A stretch of 64,000 nucleotides of DNA, taken from assembly GCA_048940925.1 (NCBI GenBank), contig JBHLOC010000017.1:1-64000 (forward strand), written 5' to 3'. The notes under the pieces were generated by a model. It was not told where the DNA came from and ran no database searches. It worked only from the letters and a program-made list of their open reading frames with translations. How positions within the stretch are numbered: the stretch's first letter is position 1; the number at the start of each line of letters is the position of its first letter. This document shows, piece after piece, positions 1 to 9,687 of the stretch. Position numbers and translations under genes: made by a program. The DNA comes from Promethearchaeota archaeon (GTDB lineage Archaea; Asgardarchaeota; Lokiarchaeia; Sigyniarchaeales; SOKP01).

Positions 1-382
1 TGTCTTTTATATCCACATCAGTTATAGTTGTTTGTTTTACGTCTAAATAGACTCTTTTTCCTTCAATTTTATTAATAATTGCTTCTGTAATTAACAAATC
101 TCCGACTCGCACCATGCCTCTCATTTCTACATCAATCCCGATAAGATTTCCAAATTTTCCATGTTCCAGAAGATCTTCAAAAAGTTTAGTGATAAATCCC
201 AATGAAAACAGTCCATGTGCGATTACTCCTTTTAGACCTGCGGCTTCGGCAACTGCATCGTTAATGTGAATTGGATTCGTGTCTCCAGAACTTTTAGCAT
301 ATTGTTTTAATAGATCTCTTGTTATTGCCTTAAATTCATTTCTAAAAACCTGTCCGACCTTTAAATCTGATAATTTAACCAT
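1..382 (-). CDS. MaoC-family (hotdog-fold) dehydratase, catalytic subunit; runs off the window edge
   Basis: Not in the ORF track. Manual translation from ATG at 382: MVKLSDLKVGQVF...YAKSSGDTNPIHINDAVAEAAGLKGVIAHGLFSLG, with the hydratase-2 motif D-x-NPIH and IAHG. Confidence 0.85.
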   Translation of the reverse strand, partial: MVKLSDLKVGQVFRNEFKAITRDLLKQYAKSSGDTNPIHINDAVAEAAGLKGVIAHGLFSLGFITKLFEDLLEHGKFGNLIGIDVEMRGMVRVGDLLITEAIINKIEGKRVYLDVKQTTITDVDIKD

Positions 383-385
383 AAT

Positions 386-886
386 TTAATAACCCCCTTT
401 TCTTATTCCTGCGGTTACGACGACGTTACATACAGTTTTATCATTTTGGTTTTTAACGGTTGTAATTATTTCAGCAAATAACATCATATTAGATTCAACT
501 AACCACACATTCCCCCATTTAGCAGTAACTGTTAATTTATCCCCTGGTTTAACATCTACACACCCCTCCCAATTATATTTATTTCCAGTATGTAGCAACA
601 TTCTAGGATTTTTTATAAGCATTCGTTCTTCTCCATCTTGAATTAATTTTGCTCCTGGAGCTAAACTATAGAGTCCTTTTATTGTATAAGCGTTAGCATA
701 AGCATGGCAAGCAATAATACCCTCTTCTTCAGGACCAACATATTTTGGATCAGTGATACCAAAACACCTTGCAAAATTCACTAAATTCCTATATCTTACA
801 CTGATTTTTACACTCCCTGGCAAATCTTTTCCAGGGAGATTCTCTATTAAGGACTTAGCATTTTTTTTCATTTCTTCGATACCCAT
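386..886 (-). CDS. MaoC-like dehydratase, N-terminal-type (probably non-catalytic) partner subunit
   Basis: NFARCFG, LLHTGNKYNW and VKPGDKLTV hotdog-fold pattern; ends 3 nt upstream of the MaoC gene. Confidence 0.65.
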   Translation of the reverse strand: MGIEEMKKNAKSLIENLPGKDLPGSVKISVRYRNLVNFARCFGITDPKYVGPEEEGIIACHAYANAYTIKGLYSLAPGAKLIQDGEERMLIKNPRMLLHTGNKYNWEGCVDVKPGDKLTVTAKWGNVWLVESNMMLFAEIITTVKNQNDKTVCNVVVTAGIRKGGY

Positions 887-958
887 TTCTATCTAACTCT
901 TAAGATTTTATTGATATATATAAATTAGGCTCAATTAAATTAAAACTTTAATTAATAG

Positions 959-1687
959 TTAGATTGAATATATTTTAGTAAATACTTTATCTTCTTTGCT
1001 AGGAATTGTAAAATAATTAAAAATTTTAGTAGTTGAATGTGAACCGTTTAATATTATACAGGGAATTCGATAATTATCAATTAGCGTTAATAAATAAGGA
1101 TCAATCGGTCTAGTTTTAGCTTTTAAATTTGTTTCTCCCAAATCATTAATTCTAAGTTTGCCCTTATTCTTTAAATTCCTATACTCTACCGTTGAGATTT
1201 CTTTTATAAGAGTTTGATTAGAATTCAAAATTCTATCAACATCTTTGATTAAAAAACACTCACTCAAACCAAGTTTTTTAGCCAGATATAAAGTGATTGA
1301 ATCTGAAGTAACATCCCAAATATGAGGTAATTCATCTTTTCTTTTTAGATATTTATAAGGGAGAAATACTGAGATTAATTTCCTTTCTTTCCGTAAATTT
1401 TTGTAGTCTTGGTATATTTGCAAGTGAGGAAATTTTCTCTTTACTTCTAATCCATTATACTCCATAGAATAAATACCTATCCAATGCGCGAGATCAGCAT
1501 CAAAATGGAATTCTTTATAAATGCTTCTTACAAAATTAGCAATTGTGCCTCCTCCAGGTATTAAAATAATTTTATTTATAATACCATCTTCATAAAGTTG
1601 AGTCAATTGAGCAATGGTATTTATAAGATTTTTACTATTATCTAAAATTTTTCCACCGATTTTAAATATAGCTGAGGGGATTGCCAT
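959..1687 (-). CDS. mfnE: Amino-acid-kinase family protein, probable (5-(aminomethyl)furan-3-yl)methyl phosphate kinase (methanofuran biosynthesis)
   Basis: KIGG, IPGGGTIANFVR, AHWIGI, LPHIWDVTSDSI and IKDVD motifs; overlaps the mfnF-like gene. Confidence 0.8.
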   Translation of the reverse strand: MAIPSAIFKIGGKILDNSKNLINTIAQLTQLYEDGIINKIILIPGGGTIANFVRSIYKEFHFDADLAHWIGIYSMEYNGLEVKRKFPHLQIYQDYKNLRKERKLISVFLPYKYLKRKDELPHIWDVTSDSITLYLAKKLGLSECFLIKDVDRILNSNQTLIKEISTVEYRNLKNKGKLRINDLGETNLKAKTRPIDPYLLTLIDNYRIPCIILNGSHSTTKIFNYFTIPSKEDKVFTKIYSI

Positions 1688-2762
1688 TTTGTATATTACC
1701 TTTTTGTTGATAATAAAAAGCTCCTGCTATAGCAAAAGCTGACGAGCTGATTTGATCAGAAATATTAGTTACTTCCTCATAACTTAAAATATTACTATAT
1801 CCTAAATTTAATAGAGTTTTTCTAATTAAGAAATTCGCAGATAAGCCTGTTATAACAAATCTAGGATCTTGTTCAAATTCTGGAAATCTGATACTAAGGC
1901 TTGATAAGAATTCTTGAATTTCATATTTTATTATTTCTAATTGTTTTTCATAAATATATTCAGCAATTGTGTACAACTCTTCTTTAGTAATTGTTTCTCT
2001 ATCCATACATATAATTCTTGATAACCGAGCAAAGCAATCTTCCAAGGATTTAGATCTATTATCCGCAGTATCATTAATATATTCATCTTCCGTGATATTG
2101 CCTAATATTAGATGAACATCAGAAATCAAAGCGAATCTTTCGAAAGAAATTCTTACTAATTTTCCATGATAAGGCACAAATTGTGTAATGGATGGGATAG
2201 TTGCGCGAAGACCTCCAGTATACAACAATTCATGATTCAACATCCTTGAAATATCATCTTTTCCTTGAGTAACTGGAATAGAATTAACAATTGGGATAAT
2301 ATCTATTGTAGTTGAACCTGCATCAATTAGAATGCATAGTGGTTGGAAATATCCTAAAAATAATGATGTAGACACCCAATTTGCACCTGCAATAGAATTA
2401 AATGTTGATTTTGCAGAAGTATAATTAATATATTTTCCTTGATTTGTAATAAAATACAATTTGTCTTTATCAAAAACTTGTTTTAATGCCTTTAAAATAG
2501 TTAGAATTCCTTCTTTTTTCGTTTGAAAAGCATCTGAGAGTTCAGCTGTAATTGTAACTGCTATATACTCTATGGTTTTCAACTTAAAATTAATTTTATT
2601 TGCTAAATTCTCCACAATTCGTCCTAACATATCTGGTATATCATTTATTGTCTTTTCCCAAAAGGGAAAATATTCGATATATGAAAATGATTTAATTATA
2701 TCGTCATTTTTAAATAATATTAAAGCTGCTTTAGTATTTGCACCCCCAATATCTAAACCCAA
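1662..2762 (-). CDS. mfnF: Hydantoinase/oxoprolinase-like H4MPT-linked C1 protein, probable methanofuran biosynthesis MfnF; true start may be ACG at 2774
   Basis: GLDIGGANTK, TAELSDAF, ANW, DAGSTTIDIIPI, ELLYTGGLR and RLSRIICMD motifs. Confidence 0.85.
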   Translation of the reverse strand: MGLDIGGANTKAALILFKNDDIIKSFSYIEYFPFWEKTINDIPDMLGRIVENLANKINFKLKTIEYIAVTITAELSDAFQTKKEGILTILKALKQVFDKDKLYFITNQGKYINYTSAKSTFNSIAGANWVSTSLFLGYFQPLCILIDAGSTTIDIIPIVNSIPVTQGKDDISRMLNHELLYTGGLRATIPSITQFVPYHGKLVRISFERFALISDVHLILGNITEDEYINDTADNRSKSLEDCFARLSRIICMDRETITKEELYTIAEYIYEKQLEIIKYEIQEFLSSLSIRFPEFEQDPRFVITGLSANFLIRKTLLNLGYSNILSYEEVTNISDQISSSAFAIAGAFYYQQKGNIQNGNPLSYI

Positions 2763-2775
2763 TACATGTGGCGTT

Positions 2776-3813
2776 TTAACTACCTCTATAACGGTTTTTT
2801 AAATAAGTTATGAGCTTGTCTAAGTTCTCTCCAGTTTGAGCATTGGTTAAAAAAAAATCATTGTCTTCTAGCTTCAATTTATCTTTTAGATATCTGATTT
2901 CAGAACCTTTAGCTAAATCCATTTTATTAAATACTATAATAACGTCTACTTCATTATTTTGGACAAAATTTTTGGTAATTTCATGAAATAATTCAATTTG
3001 GGAATCAACATCATAACCTGAAGCGGGAGTGGGATCAAATATAAAAAGAATTAGATCAGAAATTAGTCGTAAAGCTAAAATAGCTTGTAGTTCGATATTA
3101 TTTCGTTTTACCATAGGACGATCCAAAATACCAGGAGTATCCATAATTTGGATTTTTATTACATCAAAACGTCTCTCTATTGTTAAATGCCCTAGATTTA
3201 ACTTTTTTGTGGTAAATGGATATTCTTGGACTTCAATTTTCTTATTTGTTGAAATTTCACGCACAATACTACTTTTACCTACGTTTGGATAACCTGCTAC
3301 TACTATACATGGTATCGTGTAATCTATTGAAGGAATTTCACGTAATCGCCCTCTGATATTATTTAAGTATTCTAGATTTTTATTTTGTTTATTTATGATT
3401 GATGAAATTCTACCAAAAGCAGCTCTTCGTAATTGGTCACCTTCTTTTGGAGTTTGAATTCTATTAAATTTGTAGCGAAATTCTCTCTCAATTTGACTAA
3501 GGATCGGTAATATACCATTTAATTTTCCAAGTGTTAACTTAAATTCATCAACATTTACTAAAAGACTAGCTAACTCCTTATAAAAGTCAGGGATATCATC
3601 TATCATTGGTACCTGTTTAATAACATTAAGAATCCGATATATAAGGTCATCAATGGCTACTTTTATTCTTCTTGATTCCTTTTTTTTGGCTTTAATAATA
3701 ATCGGTGCATTTTTTGAAACTTGGGCAGAACTCTTCATAGCTTTCTTGAAAGCTGTGTCTAATAATTCAGAAGAAGAAGGTACATGATAAAATTCATCGA
3801 AAGGATTCTTCAT
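2776..3813 (-). CDS. nog1: NOG1-family (Obg-related) ribosome biogenesis GTPase
   Basis: N-terminal helical domain (ELLDTAFKKA, FYKEL), G1 GYPNVGKSS, G2 YPFTT, G3 DTPGILDRP, G4 NKMD. Confidence 0.92.
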   Translation of the reverse strand: MKNPFDEFYHVPSSSELLDTAFKKAMKSSAQVSKNAPIIIKAKKKESRRIKVAIDDLIYRILNVIKQVPMIDDIPDFYKELASLLVNVDEFKLTLGKLNGILPILSQIEREFRYKFNRIQTPKEGDQLRRAAFGRISSIINKQNKNLEYLNNIRGRLREIPSIDYTIPCIVVAGYPNVGKSSIVREISTNKKIEVQEYPFTTKKLNLGHLTIERRFDVIKIQIMDTPGILDRPMVKRNNIELQAILALRLISDLILFIFDPTPASGYDVDSQIELFHEITKNFVQNNEVDVIIVFNKMDLAKGSEIRYLKDKLKLEDNDFFLTNAQTGENLDKLITYLKNRYRGS

Positions 3814-3858
3814 AAAAATTCAAAAAATAATTTATTTAAGATAAAAATCTAATTTTCT

Positions 3859-4398
3859 TCAAATTTTAGTTCTGATGAGCGCAATTTTTTTCTCAATTTC
3901 TGAGATCTCATTTGATAAATTTATTACCTCAGGTGGGATTGATCGATATAGTTTTAAAATATATTCATATCGTTCTATAGCTCTTGGAAATTTCCCTAAC
4001 GTTTCTTCCCTCTCAGCCTTTTCTACCAATAGTTTGACTTTTTCAAGGGTGGTCTTTACTCCAGAGGGGAGAACTTTCTGTTCTGCTAACTTACTTTCTT
4101 GATATCTTTGCTGTTTTGTTTCAACTTCTTTCACTTTTTTATCAAACTCACCCTCTCTTTTTGTTATAGTAGTCGTGCTTTGTTGTTCATGCTTAATCAA
4201 ATTTTTTACTCTAGCAATCCTTTGGTTGAGCATCCCGATTTTTCCCTGAAATCCTAATTTTCTATATATCTCTTTTGCTTTTTCTAATAATGAAATTGAC
4301 TGAATAAAATTTTTTTTATTGAACTCCTCTTTTGATAGTTTTTCTAGATTTTCAGCTTCTTTCTCAATCTCATCAAAAGGTCCTGGCATTAGCATCAA
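3859..4398 (-). CDS. Hypothetical helical protein with two TPR/MIT-like helical hairpin units
   Basis: Two similar units (LSKEEFNKKNFIQSISLLEKAKEIY and LVEKAEREETLGKFPRAIERYEYILKLY) joined by a charged linker. Confidence 0.6.
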   Translation of the reverse strand: MMLMPGPFDEIEKEAENLEKLSKEEFNKKNFIQSISLLEKAKEIYRKLGFQGKIGMLNQRIARVKNLIKHEQQSTTTITKREGEFDKKVKEVETKQQRYQESKLAEQKVLPSGVKTTLEKVKLLVEKAEREETLGKFPRAIERYEYILKLYRSIPPEVINLSNEISEIEKKIALIRTKI

Positions 4399-4584
4399 AT
4401 TTATATTTTAAAATACTAATATGTTATCAAATAAGTTAATGATTTCGATAACATAAAAGATTCTAAAGATTAAAGTTTTATTAAATTTAGCTGGTTTAGA
4501 AAGAAAACCTTTTAAGTTGAATTAGATTAAAATCTAAAAATCAAAACATTATTTCTAGATTAAAATAAAGTAGTGTGGTTCTTG

Positions 4585-5676
4585 ATGAAAAAGTTTAAGG
4601 TTGGCATCTTAGGTGCTACAGGAATGGTTGGTCAAAATTATATCAAATTATTGCAAGACCATCCTTGGTTTGAAATAATTGACGTTGCCGCATCTCCTAG
4701 ATCTGCTGGTAAAAGTTTCAAGGATGCTGCTAAGAAAAAATGGCAAATGGTAATACCGATTCCAAAGGATATCGAGAATTTACTAGTAAGAGATGTCCAA
4801 GATTTTGAATCTATTGATCCAAAGTTAAATTTTGTATTCTCTGCAATAAATATGCCAACTAAAGATCAAATTAAGGAAGTTGAATTTGAATATGCCCGAA
4901 GAGGAATCCCTGTTATAAGCAATAATTCTGCTCATAGATGGACTCCTGATGTTCCTATGATAATTCCTGAAATTAATCATAACCATATAGACATAATACC
5001 ATATCAGCAACAGAATAGGAGTTTTTCTAAAGGTTTTGTTTTAGTTAAACCGAACTGCTCAGTTCAAAGTTATCTTACACCTATTTATGCAATTGAAAGA
5101 GAGGGATATAAAGTAGAGAAATTAATTATAACCACACTTCAAGCTGTTTCAGGGGCGGGATATCCTGGAGTAGCTTCATTAGATGTAGTTGATAATGTAG
5201 TTCCGTATATTGACGGAGAAGAAGAAAAAACAGAAAAGGAGCCATTAAAAATTTTTGGTAAAATTGGTGGAGATCATATTATAAATGATGATTCAATTCA
5301 AATAAGTTCTACTTGCACTAGAGTCCCTGTGACTGACGGACATATAGCATGTGTAACTTTAAAGTTTAAAGATAAAAAAGCGAATAAAGATGAGATAATT
5401 AAAATTTGGAGAGATTTTAAATCATTACCACAGGAATTGGACTTACCATTCGCACCAAAACAACCAATAATTTATTTAGAACAGGTTGATAGACCTCAGC
5501 CAAAGAAAGATAGAGATATTGATAAAGGAATGGCAATTACAGTAGGGCGATTAAGACCAGATAGTATTTTTGATTTTAAGTTTGTTGCTTTAAGTCATAA
5601 TACAATAAGGGGAGCTGCTGGTGGAGCTATATTAAATGCTGAATTATTAGTATCTAAAGGTTTTATAAAGCAATAA
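4585..5676 (+). CDS. asd: Aspartate-semialdehyde dehydrogenase (archaeal/fungal type)
   Basis: GILGATGMVGQ, SNNSAHR, catalytic PNCS, QAVSGAGYPG, TRVPVTDGH, HNTIRGAAG. ATG at 4585 preferred over GTG at 4573. Confidence 0.97.
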   Translation: MKKFKVGILGATGMVGQNYIKLLQDHPWFEIIDVAASPRSAGKSFKDAAKKKWQMVIPIPKDIENLLVRDVQDFESIDPKLNFVFSAINMPTKDQIKEVEFEYARRGIPVISNNSAHRWTPDVPMIIPEINHNHIDIIPYQQQNRSFSKGFVLVKPNCSVQSYLTPIYAIEREGYKVEKLIITTLQAVSGAGYPGVASLDVVDNVVPYIDGEEEKTEKEPLKIFGKIGGDHIINDDSIQISSTCTRVPVTDGHIACVTLKFKDKKANKDEIIKIWRDFKSLPQELDLPFAPKQPIIYLEQVDRPQPKKDRDIDKGMAITVGRLRPDSIFDFKFVALSHNTIRGAAGGAILNAELLVSKGFIKQ

Positions 5677-7254
5677 TTAGAATTCATGTCTATCAATAAT
5701 AATTAGAAGCAGTAAATTCAAGAGTGAAAGTACTCCTTTCCTCCTAATCAATTGATAAATTGGTATTTCAGGATATATATAGAAATATTGAGGTTTTTTT
5801 AGCATCTTCAATGTTTTTAATTTTAAAAGTGGAGTTAATTTTGTATGTTCTCCAACAAAATTTTTTAATACATTTCTAATTATTGATTTGTCCAATATTA
5901 TTATAGCTGAAATAACTCCAAATTCCTCAGAAACTTTTGTTCTAACTAAATCAAGAGAGTTATAAATACCATCAGAAAATATTATATCTTTTTTAAGAGG
6001 TAATAAATTGACTAACGTGCTGTTCTCAATTTCTAATAAAATTGCATGGTCAGTTATAGCTTTTAGATAATCCGTTTTTTTAAAATTAATTTTTTTATAT
6101 TTATCTACCTCAGTTAGGATGATTAAAACTTTAGAATTTAATCCAAAATTAGTTTCAAAGAAATTAAAAATTAAATCAGGTATAGCCCAATGAGATAATT
6201 TTCTAAGATTTAAATTTAGGCCAAATAGACGCAACATAAATCTTACAAATGTGTTATAGATAACTGGTTGGGGGGTCATATCCCAATATTTTTCAAAACT
6301 ACGATATCCAAATAAAATTTTCTGTAATAGAAATTGTAAGTTTTCTTTTTTTAGAGGAACTGTTAATTCAATTAAATCTGATAATAAAAATAGGATGATA
6401 TTTTGATCTACACAATACACATTTTCTGTATTTAACTTCTCTTGAATAATTTCTAGAGTTTCTTTCTCATTCAAATCAATATCATAAATTCCTAACTCAA
6501 GTGGAAGCATCACTCTAAATTTAAACTCAGGTTTCCTTAATTCAGATCGGTGATTTTGTAATTGAAATATTAAATTCATATTTTCAGACGTTACAAATAA
6601 AGCAATATTAAATTCGGGTATAATTTCGTAGGATACACTCACGAGACTTTTTAAATGAATGTCGTTTAGAAATGTGATAAATTCTTTTAAAGATTGGTAT
6701 ATAATTGGTTCAGGATAAATAAAATATAAATCCTTTGCAAATAATTGCTGAATTAATTCGAGAAATTGAAGGATAAAATCACTTAGAGGTAAATCTTCAA
6801 TTCTTTCACAGTATTTATTTATTAGATCAATCGCACTTTTTTTAAATAGTCGAATGGAGGAAATTCTTGTATTCTTCTTTTTCAATAGATCTTCTTGGAA
6901 TCTATTAAATATTTTATCAAATTCTTTAAAATGTTTATGTTTATATTTAACAATATTCAATGGTAATCTTTCAAATGAATCATGTATTCCTGCTTTACTT
7001 GTCTCATATAAATATAAGTTGAGAACATCTCTCCCATCATTTGATATTACAATGTCTAAGATGTTATTTTGGTCGCTTAAAAATTTGGGGTATAATAGTT
7101 CAAAAAAATGATACAAAATATAAGCTTTAATTTTGATCGGAGTCAATGGGATTCGAAGGTCTTGTTCCAATAATTCTGATTTATCTAATACAGCAATTTT
7201 AGAATTAAATTCAATGAAATCTTTCCAATTAGTTGAAAATTTTTTATTTATCAA
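5677..7254 (-). CDS. Conserved hypothetical protein
   Basis: Long ORF with no recognised motif. TTG at 7254, just after the upstream stop and a GGAGG, preferred over 7320. Confidence 0.7.
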   Translation of the reverse strand: MINKKFSTNWKDFIEFNSKIAVLDKSELLEQDLRIPLTPIKIKAYILYHFFELLYPKFLSDQNNILDIVISNDGRDVLNLYLYETSKAGIHDSFERLPLNIVKYKHKHFKEFDKIFNRFQEDLLKKKNTRISSIRLFKKSAIDLINKYCERIEDLPLSDFILQFLELIQQLFAKDLYFIYPEPIIYQSLKEFITFLNDIHLKSLVSVSYEIIPEFNIALFVTSENMNLIFQLQNHRSELRKPEFKFRVMLPLELGIYDIDLNEKETLEIIQEKLNTENVYCVDQNIILFLLSDLIELTVPLKKENLQFLLQKILFGYRSFEKYWDMTPQPVIYNTFVRFMLRLFGLNLNLRKLSHWAIPDLIFNFFETNFGLNSKVLIILTEVDKYKKINFKKTDYLKAITDHAILLEIENSTLVNLLPLKKDIIFSDGIYNSLDLVRTKVSEEFGVISAIIILDKSIIRNVLKNFVGEHTKLTPLLKLKTLKMLKKPQYFYIYPEIPIYQLIRRKGVLSLLNLLLLIIIDRHEF

Positions 7255-7258
7255 ATAT

Positions 7259-8725
7259 TTAGAGGACCTCCCATTTCTCAAATTTCTCTTTAATTTTCCC
7301 ATTGGTCCAAATTTTAACAATTTCTTTATACAATCTCAAATTTGGAGCATTCTTTTTTCCATAATATTCTACCATCAATTCTATGCAGTTAAAAATATCA
7401 GGAGGGCATCCTGGTAATTCTAATATTTTTTTATTTGCTTTTTCTTTAATTTTAATTTTCTTTTTAGAATTAGATTTCTTTAACACTTTATCTTTTGCAT
7501 CATCAATGATACTTTTTCCTTTTTCTTTCTTTATCGTCCTAAAATCACTATTTTTAGTACTTCTTATAGCACAATCACCAAACAAAATGATATTTTCTAA
7601 ATCGGTAGGTTCTGATGGATTTTCCCCAATTAAAAAAGAGTTAATCGGATTATATTTTAAATCTTTTATCATAATTGTTTTCATTAAATTTAATAGATGG
7701 TAACCTTGTTTGAAGCATCCAGAACAGTATAATCCAGAGCCAATAAAAAAATTCTTTAAATTTATATCCTGTAATTTTGGTACACACAAGTTTATATCTA
7801 GATTATCTTCTGTTTCACCAAGTATCTTTATTTTCGAAAAATCAGTTATACCTAATCCTCTTTTTTGGGCTGCAGATAATAGATCATGAGTATTTACGTC
7901 AACATTTAGCATCTTTAAAGTTATGGCATCAACTGAAATTGCATCATTCCCAATAACTACAAGACTTGTTTTTTTTAAATTGGAATCTCTAAAAATATAA
8001 GGACCAGCTCCTTCTAATAAAAAGAATAAATCATTTATTGCTAGGTCGGGCTTTTTGATAGAGTACACATCTAAAATATTAGATATTATTTCTTGTTTAT
8101 AGATATCTTGACTTATATAACTTTTTTCATCAGGCAACCTTTTATTAACTTCTTGATTGTATACTGGAACATTTGAATAACAATTTAATAAGGATAAATT
8201 AATGCCGAATAATGGATTCACATTAACTTGGTTTATAGAAATAAATTTATCTGAATCAACTATTACATGAGGTATTAAAAAGAAATTATCATTTACTTCG
8301 ATTTTATAGAATTCATTATCTTTAATCTTTTTTAATTGTTCTAGTTTAATCCCTTTTTGCTCTAAGTAATTACTATTATCTAAAAATGTTAACTCTGCTC
8401 CCAGATTTTTAATGTATTCTTGAAGACCTAATAATTCAGAAAATTTTTTCATAGAAATTCCCTTAAAAAGGAAACTTCCAACATAAACTTTTTTTGCTCC
8501 AACTTTTTTACAAGAATTTATTATTGTACTAATTAGATCTAAATTTGGTGTTACTGGAAAACCAATAGGCAAACTTAAATTTACTTTTAAAAATACTTGA
8601 TCTCCGTCCTTAATGAAATTACTTATTCCTCCTAATTTTTCTATACCACTTATCACACAATTCTCTGGTGTAGTGCCTTTACTTATAGCAACACTGGCTT
8701 TATCAGATTTTAAATGATTTTCCAT
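7259..8725 (-). CDS. DUF362-domain (Fe-S associated) protein
   Basis: IEKLGGISNFIKDGDQVFLKVNL, PDLAIND, EGAGP, DAISVDA; C-terminal CSGC, GDCA and PGCPP. Confidence 0.8.
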   Translation of the reverse strand: MENHLKSDKASVAISKGTTPENCVISGIEKLGGISNFIKDGDQVFLKVNLSLPIGFPVTPNLDLISTIINSCKKVGAKKVYVGSFLFKGISMKKFSELLGLQEYIKNLGAELTFLDNSNYLEQKGIKLEQLKKIKDNEFYKIEVNDNFFLIPHVIVDSDKFISINQVNVNPLFGINLSLLNCYSNVPVYNQEVNKRLPDEKSYISQDIYKQEIISNILDVYSIKKPDLAINDLFFLLEGAGPYIFRDSNLKKTSLVVIGNDAISVDAITLKMLNVDVNTHDLLSAAQKRGLGITDFSKIKILGETEDNLDINLCVPKLQDINLKNFFIGSGLYCSGCFKQGYHLLNLMKTIMIKDLKYNPINSFLIGENPSEPTDLENIILFGDCAIRSTKNSDFRTIKKEKGKSIIDDAKDKVLKKSNSKKKIKIKEKANKKILELPGCPPDIFNCIELMVEYYGKKNAPNLRLYKEIVKIWTNGKIKEKFEKWEVL

Positions 8726-8800
8726 TATATATAATTATACATACTCTTTTATTATAGTAAATTAGTTTAAAATTAATTAAATTTTTAGTTAGTGATATAA

Positions 8801-9685
8801 ATGGCTTCAGAAAACTTAATTAAACTTCCTTTAAAAGAACCATTATCTTATTTCTCACAACAAACTGTTGGAGTTGATGTTGGTCAAAGCCTTAGTAAAT
8901 TAGCATATGTAAAGGATAATGAATTATATTTGTCAATTAACCCTACTCAAAATAGCAGTTTAAAAATTAGGGAATTTTTAGAGTCTATTAAGAATATGTA
9001 TTCAAACCTTAATTTTACCGGGGGAAAAAGTTATGGTTTGTATCAGCAATATTCAGGTGATTTCAATACACGATTATTAAATGAATTTGAAGCGAATGTT
9101 AAAGGTGTCGAGATTTTTTATTTACTTGAAAAAAAGAAAACAATACCCGACTCATTAGTTGTTAGTATAGGAACTGGTACCTCAATAGTTTTGAAAACAG
9201 ATATAGTTGATCATCTAGGGGGAACAGCTATGGGAGGTGGATTTTTTATGGGGCTTATTAAAGCTTTATTCAATATTAATGATTTTCAAGAAGCTATAGA
9301 TTTAGCTAAAGAAGGAAATAGATATAATATTGATTTAAAAGTTTCTGATATCTATAGTCCTGAAGATAATAGAATTGATTTAATATTCAGAGAGTTCACA
9401 GCTGCATCACTAGGAAAGATCGATTTAAATTTTAATATAAATAATTTGAAGAAAGAAGATTTCATAAATTCAATAATTTGCATGATCGGGGAAAATATTG
9501 GCACAATAGCAAATTTAATGGCTGTTAATAATAGTGTTTCAAATATTGTCTTTTGTGGAGGATTTTTAAGAGAAAATAGAGTATTAACAAAAATCTTATC
9601 TCTCATTTGTAGGGTAAATAAGAATAAGGCTATTTTTTTAAAAAATTCAGAATTTTCTGCTGCTCTCGGAGCTCTTTGTTTATAA
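8801..9685 (+). CDS. Type II (Fumble/CoaW-like) pantothenate kinase
   Basis: GVDVGQSLSK, TGGKS, NEFEANVKG, VSIGTGTS, GGTAMGGG, DLKVSDIY, TAASLGK and ALGA motifs of ASKHA-fold PanK-II. Confidence 0.88.
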   Translation: MASENLIKLPLKEPLSYFSQQTVGVDVGQSLSKLAYVKDNELYLSINPTQNSSLKIREFLESIKNMYSNLNFTGGKSYGLYQQYSGDFNTRLLNEFEANVKGVEIFYLLEKKKTIPDSLVVSIGTGTSIVLKTDIVDHLGGTAMGGGFFMGLIKALFNINDFQEAIDLAKEGNRYNIDLKVSDIYSPEDNRIDLIFREFTAASLGKIDLNFNINNLKKEDFINSIICMIGENIGTIANLMAVNNSVSNIVFCGGFLRENRVLTKILSLICRVNKNKAIFLKNSEFSAALGALCL

Positions 9686-9687
9686 AG

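Noticed and set aside
7255-7320. N-terminal extension of the 547-aa ORF overlapping the DUF362 gene
   Set aside because: More simply explained by a TTG start at 7254 just after the upstream stop.
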